42,382 nucleotides of DNA from Leptolyngbyaceae cyanobacterium. Its GTDB lineage: Bacteria > Cyanobacteriota > Cyanobacteriia > CAKZMO01. The notes under the pieces were generated by a model. The model was not told the origin of the DNA. It worked only from the letters and a program-made list of their open reading frames with translations, and made no database searches. Position numbers and translations under genes: made by a program. Location of the stretch: NCBI GenBank assembly GCA_051439365.1, contig JBFRWC010000300.1, positions 1-42,382 on the forward strand. Direction: 5' to 3'. This document shows positions 34,212 through 42,382 of this stretch, piece after piece (the first letter of the stretch is position 1; each line of letters opens with the position of its first letter).

Positions 34212-35321
34212 TTAAGGCTCAAGGGTGATGGCGATCGGGATGCCTCCTTGATTGAGCGATTCAGTAATGGCAGTGAGAATCTCCACAAATTTAGCTCCGA
34301 GTTGCCCAGAAGAAAGCGTAGAGGGTTGGTTTCGGCGAACGCAATCTAGAAAATGATCACACACATGGCGTAAGGGTTCCACAGGTTCCAATGGGATGAC
34401 TTGGGGCGGCGGTTGTGTTGGCGCAAAGTGAATGCCGCGAGGGGTCGATTGGCGATCGAATTCTCCTACATTCAGCACTAGAGGGGCATCGGTGCGGAGT
34501 TCGTCGAAGACGAGGGTGCCTTTATCGCCCACTAGACAGAGGCGGCGCTGTTTATCTGGGTTGGCCCAACACAAGTGCAGGGTGAGTTGGATATGGTTGG
34601 GGAAGGTTAAGGTTGCCCAAACTAGATCGGATGGGCCTTGAGGGAAGAGAGAAGCGATCGCCCCCGCTCTATCACTCTCCCCCGTCAATTCTTTCCCTCC
34701 GCTTCTAGCAGGCTGCAACCACACCGTACCCTGCGCTTGCACCTGGGTGGGGTAGGCATTCAGCCAGTGGCAGAAAATCGAGATATCATGAATCGCCAAG
34801 TCCCAGAGGGCATCCACGTCATGACGAACAGGCGCTAGATGGGTGCGGGTGGCATAGCCGTAGCGCAGGGTACCTAATTGGCCCTGTTGCACCAGTGTTT
34901 GGCCTTTGGCCACCGCTGCATTAAATAAATACGTATGATCTATCACTAGCTGTCGCTGTACTGACTGGGCTAACTTACACAGTTCCAAGGCTTGAGGGGC
35001 TTCCAAGGTGATGGGTTTCTCCACAAGGACATGTTTGCCATGTTCCAAGGCGGAGCGGATCAGGTCAGCGTGGGTCGAGGCAGGAGTGGCGATCGCCACC
35101 CCATCTATATCAGGCCGTTGCACCACTGCCGTCCAGTCACTCGTTACTAATACTCCATCCGCCTCCAGAGCGTACTTATGGGCCAACTGTTCCAAGCGCT
35201 CCTCCTGGGGATCGACTAGGGCGACCAGGTGAGCATCAGGGTGTTGGGCAAAGTTACGGACTAAATGATTGCCCCAGCGCCCTGCCCCAATAACGGCCAT
35301 TCCAACGGTTTGTGATTGCAT
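34212..35321 (-). CDS. Gfo/Idh/MocA family NAD(P)-dependent oxidoreductase
   Basis: 369 aa. Rossmann motif AVIGAGRWGNHLVRNF, and EKP motif in VLVEKPITL. Confidence 0.9.
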   Translation of the reverse strand: MQSQTVGMAVIGAGRWGNHLVRNFAQHPDAHLVALVDPQEERLEQLAHKYALEADGVLVTSDWTAVVQRPDIDGVAIATPASTHADLIRSALEHGKHVLVEKPITLEAPQALELCKLAQSVQRQLVIDHTYLFNAAVAKGQTLVQQGQLGTLRYGYATRTHLAPVRHDVDALWDLAIHDISIFCHWLNAYPTQVQAQGTVWLQPARSGGKELTGESDRAGAIASLFPQGPSDLVWATLTFPNHIQLTLHLCWANPDKQRRLCLVGDKGTLVFDELRTDAPLVLNVGEFDRQSTPRGIHFAPTQPPPQVIPLEPVEPLRHVCDHFLDCVRRNQPSTLSSGQLGAKFVEILTAITESLNQGGIPIAITLEP

Positions 35322-35412
35322 CTTTCTTGCCCTCTCTGTTGACTGCGATCGGAACTGTGATTGTGATCGGGACTGTAATCAGGACTGCGATTGTGCTTAT
35401 GAGAAATACTGA

Positions 35413-37284
35413 CTACAACGTTTTCAGATATTCCACCAATGCCCATCGTTCTGCTTCCGACAATTCCGGCCCAATAATGCCCGGTCCCATCCCCTCTTCA
35501 AACGAGTGCCCCGTATTCAGGTTGCCCGGAAGCGATGTATCAACCAAGGTGCCACCCGGTAACTCACTCGTGTCATAGCCTACAACCGTCGGATCAAACT
35601 CCTTGGAACCAACATAGAAAGTCTGGGTCCGTTCCGCTGCTGGCACCAACATTTCGTACAAGCTGGGTACAGAGCCATTGTGTAAAAACGGGGGCGTGGC
35701 CCAAATGCCATTGAGTGGACGGGCTTTATAGGCCAGGGGTGTTCGTGCTAGATTGGGGCGGCCCCCATCCAGTTCGTCCCACTGTTCCGGGGGAATGCCC
35801 AAATCCTGGTAACGCTTGTTAGCCGTTTGCTTCACCACAAAAGGCAGCGCTTGCCCAGCCCTGACGATCCCATGTTCATCAAAATACTCTGGCCCTTGTT
35901 CGCTGGGGGGGTGATCCATGAGGGTCTTCATATTGATGGTGCTTTCATACCAATTTTTCGCGGTGGTTGGGTCAGTGCCGATGTCATAGAGATTTTTCAT
36001 CGTCACCTTGAGGTACTGAGGATTCTGGTCTACCAACACCTGGTAATATTCAGGATTCATTTTCTCCAGCGTAGGCAGATAATCTGGGTTCATATAGGCC
36101 AACGTAGTCCAGTTTCCAGCAGCCATGAACTGGTCGGAGTCCATCGGTGGCAGGTGACATTGCTGGCAATTCTGTTGATACAGCTCTTTGCCTTGGGCTG
36201 CTTTTTCGGGGTCAATCGGACCTAGAATCTCTTCTGGCCACTGGGGAGCGGCTAACCCAGTGAAAATGCTGTCCTTGGCGATCAGCTTCTCGATTTTATA
36301 GAGATTTTCTACATCCACATTGGAGCGATATCGCTCTGCTTCTGGGGCATTGGGATCAAGCTGGACTCGCGAGAATACGCCCATCGCTTCCCCAGCATTG
36401 CGGGTCATGGGTTGCATCACCGATCCATTATACTGGACCCAGTCAAACCAGGGCGCAGACCAAATGTGGGGGTAACTGACAGGGGCATCAGCAACCCGAT
36501 AGTTCTCTAGAGCTAGCTGGGCGCCAAAGACAAAGTTGTCAATCCGATCGAGCGCGTCCAATCGGGCAAACCCCTCGGGAGGATAGAACTTTTGGGTCAA
36601 GGTTTGCTGTTGTTTTGCTCCATCCACCAGGGCTTTGAGCTCGGCTTTGAGCTTGGCTTTAGAGTCTGAAGTAAGGTCTTCTCCCAGCACAGTTTGGGCA
36701 AAACGGTTAAACCGGAAGGGATCAATCTGGGTGAGGAAGAGGGCTAACCCGGTGGCAGTTTTGAACTTGTTGACATCGGTCACCGCAGGCCCGCCCTCGG
36801 TACGGATGCCCTTGCCCTGAAAATTGATTTGCCCAGTATGACAAGCGGCGCAGGTAAACCCAACCACGTCATTGGTTTGATTATTGACAGGATTCCAAAA
36901 GTTTTCTGACTTGGCAAAGCCCACAGGGAGCGCATCAGGGTTATCAGGCCGTGGACCATCGGGGAAAAACCCAAATCCTGCCATGAAGGTGGGGTCAATC
37001 AATGGGGGGACTGCCTGCAATAGGGGATCGAGCGTGGGTTGTTCCAGGGCGATGAACCAGTCATAGGGGATAACGGCTTCAAAGGCGGAGCCTTGGGGAA
37101 CGTGGTACCACCATTGCCATTCTTCGGGGGTCCAGTTTTGATCGACCCACACCACGTCTACCGGATCAACGGGAGGCACCTTAATTTTAGATTCAATCCA
37201 GGCATTAACCGCGAAGGGGGCGATCGCCACCAGCACTACCAAGGCGATCGCCACTCCGACTATCCATTTCGTCATCGTATTCAT
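35413..37284 (-). CDS. Di-haem c-type cytochrome enzyme (cytochrome c peroxidase/MauG/RoxA-like superfamily), membrane-anchored or secreted
   Basis: 623 aa. N-terminal hydrophobic helix (WIVGVAIALVVLVAIAPFAV). Two CxxCH motifs: FTCAACH (codons at 36852..36838) and NCQQCH (36168..36154). The C-terminal IWATPPFLHNGSVPSL resembles the conserved CCP/MauG segment. AAGGAGA RBS. Confidence 0.75.
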   Translation of the reverse strand: MNTMTKWIVGVAIALVVLVAIAPFAVNAWIESKIKVPPVDPVDVVWVDQNWTPEEWQWWYHVPQGSAFEAVIPYDWFIALEQPTLDPLLQAVPPLIDPTFMAGFGFFPDGPRPDNPDALPVGFAKSENFWNPVNNQTNDVVGFTCAACHTGQINFQGKGIRTEGGPAVTDVNKFKTATGLALFLTQIDPFRFNRFAQTVLGEDLTSDSKAKLKAELKALVDGAKQQQTLTQKFYPPEGFARLDALDRIDNFVFGAQLALENYRVADAPVSYPHIWSAPWFDWVQYNGSVMQPMTRNAGEAMGVFSRVQLDPNAPEAERYRSNVDVENLYKIEKLIAKDSIFTGLAAPQWPEEILGPIDPEKAAQGKELYQQNCQQCHLPPMDSDQFMAAGNWTTLAYMNPDYLPTLEKMNPEYYQVLVDQNPQYLKVTMKNLYDIGTDPTTAKNWYESTINMKTLMDHPPSEQGPEYFDEHGIVRAGQALPFVVKQTANKRYQDLGIPPEQWDELDGGRPNLARTPLAYKARPLNGIWATPPFLHNGSVPSLYEMLVPAAERTQTFYVGSKEFDPTVVGYDTSELPGGTLVDTSLPGNLNTGHSFEEGMGPGIIGPELSEAERWALVEYLKTL

Positions 37285-37872
37285 AGTTTCTCCTTGCCAT
37301 CAATCGTACAAAATTAGCTCTTACCTTGCTAGCTCAAGCTCTACCTAGAACTCACTTCTGCAATGGTATGGGGAGATTTGACCAACTCAAAATCAATGTC
37401 ATGTTTATTTAAGACAGCTTGTTCGTCATGTCCATGAACTCCCATATTTGGGAACTCGCTCAACGTGAAGCAGTGGAGTGATGTAGTTTTTTTACAAAAG
37501 ACGCCGTGATATCACTGATGGCAGTCAAGACGATAGTTCTGTAGCGACCCACTATCGTTCGCCTCCCTAGCGGCATAGGCCAAGTCTCCTTTTACTCAAA
37601 TGCGCCTCAGGTATGAATTCGCCATCCCAGAAGACAAGGCCAGCCGTTGAGTTAATTAATAATCAGAGGTTTCCGGATTTTCTATAGATTACGTAATAAC
37701 ACCTGTTTACCCCAAGATACGACAGGGAACATTAAAACTGAGGTCAGCGTCGCCCGCCTGATCAGCCTTCATGGTTGTGTTCGCATACGGGAAGGATGAA
37801 TCGGGGCATTGGGCGATCGCCACCATTCACAGCATTATCTGCTCACACCCCTCTGCTTACAGCAGAACGCAT

Positions 37873-37912
37873 CGCATCTGTCCATTCGCATCTGTCCATT
37901 CGCATCTATCCA
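37873..37912. repeat. 14-bp tandem repeat, about 2.9 units, in the 5' leader of the giant gene
   Basis: CGCATCTGTCCATT at 37873 and 37887, then CGCATCTATCCA at 37901. It ends 17 nt before ATG 37930. Confidence 0.85.
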
Positions 37913-37929
37913 CCCGGAAGGAGAGTTCC

Positions 37930-40900
37930 ATGAGTCTTAACCCTGGAGATATTGGTTTTGTCCAATACAACGCTGATGAAACCCAAAGTTTCGCCTTTGT
38001 GACCCTTGTAGAGATTGCTGCCAATGAGGAAATCCACTTTACTGATCGAGGTTGGCTGAGCAACAATTCTGGTTTTTCTAACAACGCAGGAGATGGCACG
38101 ATTACCTGGGTTACAACCGAAGTCGTTGCTGCGGGCACAGTCATCACCATTTCAGGGTCTACCGCATCGGTAGGTAGCATTAATACTAGCCTCTTTGAAT
38201 TATCTACAGGCGGTGATCAAATCCTTGCCTACCAGGGGACGGACACTGCCCCAGCCTTCATCGCAGCGATCAATAACGACAATCAAGATGGGACCAATCC
38301 TTATTGGGATGGTGTAACCATTTCTCAGAATACGTCAGCCCGTCCACAGGGTCTGAGTGATGGGATCAACTCCGTTTCGATTGATGAGGTGGATAATGCG
38401 AAATATAATGGTTCGATCCTAACAGGCGATCGCTCCACTCTTCTTCTGGCCATCAACGACAAAAGCAATTGGACCAGGAACGACACCACCACCCAAACTT
38501 TCTCCGGCCCATTTAACGTTACGGGGGGAGCAGATAACGTTAAGCCCACCCACCTACTAAATACGTTAACCCCCGGTGATGGGGACACAGACGTTGCCAC
38601 AGGAGAAGCCCTTGCCATTGGCTTTAATGAAGCGATCCAGAAAGGCACAGGCAATATCTACATCAAAAATGCCGACAATAATTCAGTGGCGGATACCATT
38701 GATGTTACCAGCAACCAAGTCAACATCAGCGGCGCAACTGTCACGATCGATTTAACCAATAATCTTGCCAAAGACCAGTCTTACTACGTTCAAATCGACA
38801 ATGGAGCCTTTAAGGATCTTTCCGGCAATACCTATGTAGGCATCAACGACACCACAACTTGGGATTTCAAAACAGCCCCACCAGCCGATCCCAATCCTCC
38901 AGAAGTGACTGGTTACAGCACCACTGGCGTTGAAATTGACATCAACGACAATCTCACCCTTACCTTTAATGAAGCGGTTAAAACTGCCACAGGTAACATT
39001 ACCATTTACAAAGCTGATGGCACTTTGCTGGAAACCATTGATGTCACCACGGCCCAAGTCACAGTCAGCAACACCATTGTAACCATCAACCCTACAACAC
39101 CCCTGACCTACACAACTAACTACTATGTCCAAATTGACAATGAGGCAATTCAAGACCTTGCAGGCAATAACTATGCAGGCATCAGTAACACCACCACTTG
39201 GAGTTTCACGACCCTAACACCAGATACCACCCCTCCTAGCGTTGATATTCAAGGTGAACCTGCTTGGGCCAACAACACAACAACCCCATACCCCGTCACG
39301 TTCCAGTTCAGTGAGGATGTCACCGGATTCGAAGAAGGCGATATTGTTGTCACCAATGGAACGATTGGTAACTTTCAAAGCACGAATGCCAGTACCTACA
39401 CCGCAGACATTACGCCCAATGGTAATGGTAATATCACCATTGATGTTGCCGCAGGAGTCGCCCAAGATGCTGCTGGCAATGCCAACACGGTGGCCTCACA
39501 AGCCACGACCACCTATGATGCCACGGCTCCCACTGTAGCAATTCAAAATGCCCCCCTCATTGGCAATCAAGCTCCATTTACGGTCACCTTTGAATTCAAC
39601 GAGGATGTCACCGGATTTGAGCAGGGCGATATCACCGTTGGTAATGGTAGTGTTGGTCCTGTCACCACGGTTGATGCCCATACCTACACCGCTGAGATTA
39701 CGCCCGATGGCAATGGCGATATCACCATCAATGTAGCCGCAGGAGTCGCCCAAGATGCTGCTGGCAATAGCAACACGGTCGCTCCACAAGCCACGACTAC
39801 CTATGATGGAGTTGCACCCACCGTGGACATTCTGAATGCGCCTGCCACGGGTAACCAATCCTCCTTTACCGCCACCTTTGAATTCAGTGAAGATGTCACC
39901 GGATTTGAACAGAGCGATATCACCGTTGGCAATGGCAGTGTTGGCCCTATCACAACGGTTGATGCCCACACTTATACCGCCGAGATCACACCTGATGGCA
40001 ATGGTGATATCACCATTAATGTCTTCACCAACGTAGCCCAAGATGCTGCCGGCAATGGCAACACAGCAGCTACGCCAGTGACTACCACCTATGATGGCAC
40101 TGTCCCGACGGTGGCGATTCAGAATGAACATGTCACTAGCAACCAAACTCCATTTACCGTCACCTTTGAGTTTAGTGAAGATGTCACCGGATTTGCGCAG
40201 GGCGATATCACCGTTGGCAATGGCAGTGTTGGCCCTATCACAACGGTTGATGCCCACACTTACACCGCCGAGATCACACCTAACGGTAATGGTAATATCA
40301 CCATTGATGTTGCTGCAAATGCTGCCCAAGATGCGGCAGGGAATGGCAATACAACCGCGCCACAAGCCAGTATTACCTATGATGCCACGGCCCCCACTGT
40401 GGCCATTCAAAATACACCGGCCACGAGCAACACATCTTCCTTTATCGCCACCTTTGAATTTAGTGAAACCGTCACAGATTTTGAGGTAGGTGATATCAAT
40501 GTCACCAATGGGGGCGCTGATACCTTTACGGCTATCGATGGGAATACCTACACCGCACAGATTACACCCGATGGTAATGGTAATATCGCCATTGATGTCG
40601 CTGCAAATGCCGCCCAAGATGCGGCAGGAAATGGGAATACAGTGGCACCACAAGCCAGTGTTACCTACGATGGAGCCGTGCCCACCGTCGCGATTCAAGA
40701 TACACCGACAACAAGCAGTACATCTCCATTTACCGTCACTTTTCAATTCAGCGAAACCGTCACCGGATTTGAGCAAACCGATATTGCTGTTGGTAACGGT
40801 AATGTGAGCAATTTCCAAGCCACTGATGCTGATACCTATACGGCAGAGATCACACCTGATGGTAACGGCAATATCACCATCAATGTCTTAGCCAATGCCG

Positions 40901-42382
40901 CTCAAGATGCGGCGGGGAATAACAGCGAGGCCGCCCAAGACACCATCACTTACGATGGCACCCTGCCCACTGTGACCATTCAGAATGCTCCCCCCTTTGT
41001 TAATACGCTGACTGCATACCCTGTCACCTTTGAATTCAGTGAGGTGGTCACAGAGTTTGTTCAAGCCGATATCACCGTTAGCAATGGTAGTGTGAGCAAT
41101 TTTGGCACAACTGATAACATTACCTATAATGCGAGCATCACGCCTAATGGTCATGGCAATATTACTATTGATGTGGCAGCGGGTGTTGCCCAAGATGAGA
41201 GTGGCAACGGCAACACAGTCGCAACGCAAGTCATCACCAACTACGATGGCACTGTGCCCACAGTGGATATTCAGAATGAGCCAACCACGAGCAACTTATC
41301 CTCATTTACCGTCACGTTTGAGTTCAGTGAAGCGGTGACAGGATTTGAGGTTGGTGATATTAGTGTCACCTATGGGAGCGCTGGTACCTTTACTCCCATC
41401 GATGCCAATACTTACACCGCGCAAATTACGCCTGATGGCAATGGTGATATCGTTATTGATGTGGCCACAGGGGTAGCCCAAGATGCGGCGGGGAATGGTA
41501 ATACCCAAACCCAGGCCACCGTTACCTATGATGGCGCTGCACCCACGGTGGACATCCAGGATGAACCCACCGTTAGCAACCTATCTCCCTTTACGGTCAC
41601 GTTTGAGTTCAGTGAGGATGTCACCGGATTTGGGCAAACTGATATTGTTGTTGGCAACGGTAGTGCTGGTACCTTCCAAGTTATTGATGCCAAGACCTAC
41701 ACCGCCGAGATCACGCCCGATGGCAATGGCGATATCACTATCAATGTCGCTGGTGGGGTAGCCCAAGATGCCGCTGGTAATGGCAACACCCAAGCTCAAG
41801 CGACCACCACCTATGATGGTACTGCGCCCACGGTTGCGATTCAGAATGTACCGGGTACCAGCACCCAAGTTCCATTCACGGTCACGTTTGAGTTTAGTGA
41901 GGATGTCACGGGATTTGAGCAGACGGATATTGTTGTTGGGAATGGTAGTGTGGGTACCTTCACCGAAGTCAGTGCTCAGACCTATACGGCAGAGATTACG
42001 CCTGATGGCAATGGTGATATCACTATCGATGTGGCTGCAGATGTGGCTCAGGATACGGCTGGCAATGGCAACGTGGTAGCGCCACAGGCGACTAGCACTT
42101 ACGATATCCCTGTTGTCACTGGTTTCACACCTAGTGATGATGGAACCGATGTTGCTGTTGATGCTAATCTCTCGATTCAGTTCAATGAAGACATCCAACT
42201 ACAAACAGGCAACATTACGCTATATGATGCCGCTGATAATGTGATTGAAGCGATAGATGTCACGGATAATAGCTTAGTGAGTGCTAGTGACAATATCGTA
42301 ACGATCAATCCCTCTCAGGATTTGGAGCGGGGCCAAAGTTACTATCTGATGGTGGATGAGGGGGCGATCGCCGACCTTGCCA
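37930..42382 (+). CDS. Giant repeat-rich surface/secreted protein (>1484 aa, 3' end outside window): unknown N-terminal domain, SbsA/Big_5-like Ig domains, and 10 tandem Ig-like repeats
   Basis: Absent from the ORF track because there is no stop in the window. The frame is open from 37762 to the window end. ATG 37930 is preceded by GGAAGGAGAG. Translation begins MSLNPGDIGFVQYNADETQSFAFVTLVEIAANEEIHFTDRGW... Next come modules of the type P.DG.TDVA....L.I.FNE.I..GTGNI....VTI.P...L....SYYV.ID.GA..DLAGN. Then ten units of the type TYDGTAPTVAIQN....PFTVTFEFSEDVTGFEQ.DITVGNGSVG....D..TYTAEITPDGNGDITI.VAA.VAQDAAGNGN. No signal peptide. Confidence 0.9.
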   Translation, partial: MSLNPGDIGFVQYNADETQSFAFVTLVEIAANEEIHFTDRGWLSNNSGFSNNAGDGTITWVTTEVVAAGTVITISGSTASVGSINTSLFELSTGGDQILAYQGTDTAPAFIAAINNDNQDGTNPYWDGVTISQNTSARPQGLSDGINSVSIDEVDNAKYNGSILTGDRSTLLLAINDKSNWTRNDTTTQTFSGPFNVTGGADNVKPTHLLNTLTPGDGDTDVATGEALAIGFNEAIQKGTGNIYIKNADNNSVADTIDVTSNQVNISGATVTIDLTNNLAKDQSYYVQIDNGAFKDLSGNTYVGINDTTTWDFKTAPPADPNPPEVTGYSTTGVEIDINDNLTLTFNEAVKTATGNITIYKADGTLLETIDVTTAQVTVSNTIVTINPTTPLTYTTNYYVQIDNEAIQDLAGNNYAGISNTTTWSFTTLTPDTTPPSVDIQGEPAWANNTTTPYPVTFQFSEDVTGFEEGDIVVTNGTIGNFQSTNASTYTADITPNGNGNITIDVAAGVAQDAAGNANTVASQATTTYDATAPTVAIQNAPLIGNQAPFTVTFEFNEDVTGFEQGDITVGNGSVGPVTTVDAHTYTAEITPDGNGDITINVAAGVAQDAAGNSNTVAPQATTTYDGVAPTVDILNAPATGNQSSFTATFEFSEDVTGFEQSDITVGNGSVGPITTVDAHTYTAEITPDGNGDITINVFTNVAQDAAGNGNTAATPVTTTYDGTVPTVAIQNEHVTSNQTPFTVTFEFSEDVTGFAQGDITVGNGSVGPITTVDAHTYTAEITPNGNGNITIDVAANAAQDAAGNGNTTAPQASITYDATAPTVAIQNTPATSNTSSFIATFEFSETVTDFEVGDINVTNGGADTFTAIDGNTYTAQITPDGNGNIAIDVAANAAQDAAGNGNTVAPQASVTYDGAVPTVAIQDTPTTSSTSPFTVTFQFSETVTGFEQTDIAVGNGNVSNFQATDADTYTAEITPDGNGNITINVLANAAQDAAGNNSEAAQDTITYDGTLPTVTIQNAPPFVNTLTAYPVTFEFSEVVTEFVQADITVSNGSVSNFGTTDNITYNASITPNGHGNITIDVAAGVAQDESGNGNTVATQVITNYDGTVPTVDIQNEPTTSNLSSFTVTFEFSEAVTGFEVGDISVTYGSAGTFTPIDANTYTAQITPDGNGDIVIDVATGVAQDAAGNGNTQTQATVTYDGAAPTVDIQDEPTVSNLSPFTVTFEFSEDVTGFGQTDIVVGNGSAGTFQVIDAKTYTAEITPDGNGDITINVAGGVAQDAAGNGNTQAQATTTYDGTAPTVAIQNVPGTSTQVPFTVTFEFSEDVTGFEQTDIVVGNGSVGTFTEVSAQTYTAEITPDGNGDITIDVAADVAQDTAGNGNVVAPQATSTYDIPVVTGFTPSDDGTDVAVDANLSIQFNEDIQLQTGNITLYDAADNVIEAIDVTDNSLVSASDNIVTINPSQDLERGQSYYLMVDEGAIADLA
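39226..42105 (+). repeat. Ten in-frame tandem coding repeats of 285-291 bp (95-97 aa)
   Basis: The T-Y-D codon landmark (TATGAT/TACGAT) recurs at 39514, 39802, 40090, 40378, 40666, 40951, 41242, 41527, 41812 and 42100. Units 3 and 4 differ at about 12 of 150 positions aligned by eye and share a 61-nt perfect match. Confidence 0.9.

Noticed and set aside
37771-37929. Upstream in-frame ATG 37771 as the start of the giant gene.
   Set aside because: ATG 37930 has a strong GGAAGGAGAG RBS, while 37771 has none. The extra 53 aa (MVVFAYGKDESGHWAIATIHSIICSHPSAYSRTH...) is neither a signal peptide nor domain-like. It cannot be fully excluded.
38325-42198. Long minus-strand ORFs (for example 39496..40818 at 440 aa and 41581..42198 at 205 aa), plus several plus-strand out-of-frame ORFs across the right end.
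   Set aside because: They lie entirely inside the giant plus-strand gene. Their products are low-complexity mirror images of the repeat (GDITI.., Arg/Gly/Ile-rich) and they inherit the 288-nt periodicity. These are shadow ORFs of a repetitive, stop-poor coding sequence.
1-42382. Search for tRNA/rRNA/tmRNA/SRP RNA, transposases, integrases, toxin-antitoxin pairs and known defence genes.
   Set aside because: No T-loop/acceptor-like cloverleaf candidates or conserved ncRNA motifs were seen in any intergenic region by eye. No ORF has DDE, tyrosine-recombinase, nuclease/helicase or reverse-transcriptase motifs. An Infernal/tRNAscan run is still advisable.

Overview
This 42.4-kb window is almost certainly cyanobacterial chromosome. 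The HIP1 palindrome GCGATCGC occurs throughout coding and non-coding DNA (dozens of copies, not counted exactly). The gene set includes RpaB, CofG, a Tic20-like protein and an ABC1 kinase.

The centre (about 10.2-34 kb) is ordinary housekeeping. It holds an ABC1 kinase, cofG, a GNAT, the plsX-fabH-fabD-plsC lipid operon, rpaB, aroQ, cinA, a WecA-like GT4 transferase, glyA, rpsF, a FAH-family hydrolase, a metallophosphoesterase and PPK2.

Both ends look accessory. The left end carries:
- a DevB/DevC-type exporter whose adaptor gene is split by one in-frame TAG
- an LTXXQ periplasmic protein
- a leaderless RTX-like calcium-binding protein
- a leaderless 1591-aa protein fusing an S8 peptidase to a G8/beta-helix, PKD and two CBM6-like modules
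- a 1.15-kb ORF-poor, visibly AT-richer spacer

The right end carries a Gfo/Idh/MocA oxidoreductase, a di-haem CxxCH protein and a leaderless protein of more than 1484 aa. That last gene is absent from the ORF track because it runs off the window, and it contains ten tandem ~288-bp Ig-like repeats.

The non-coding DNA holds short tandem arrays: one of 21 bp x9 and three of 14 bp. Two of them begin exactly at a stop codon.

I found no tRNA, rRNA, CRISPR array, transposase, integrase or recognisable defence gene. No complete new system can be demonstrated from sequence alone. The best candidates for something undescribed are the leaderless S8-G8-CBM exoprotein neighbourhood, the family of 7n-period tandem arrays, and the di-haem / giant Ig-repeat protein pair. 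All domain calls come from motifs read by eye; no database search was run.
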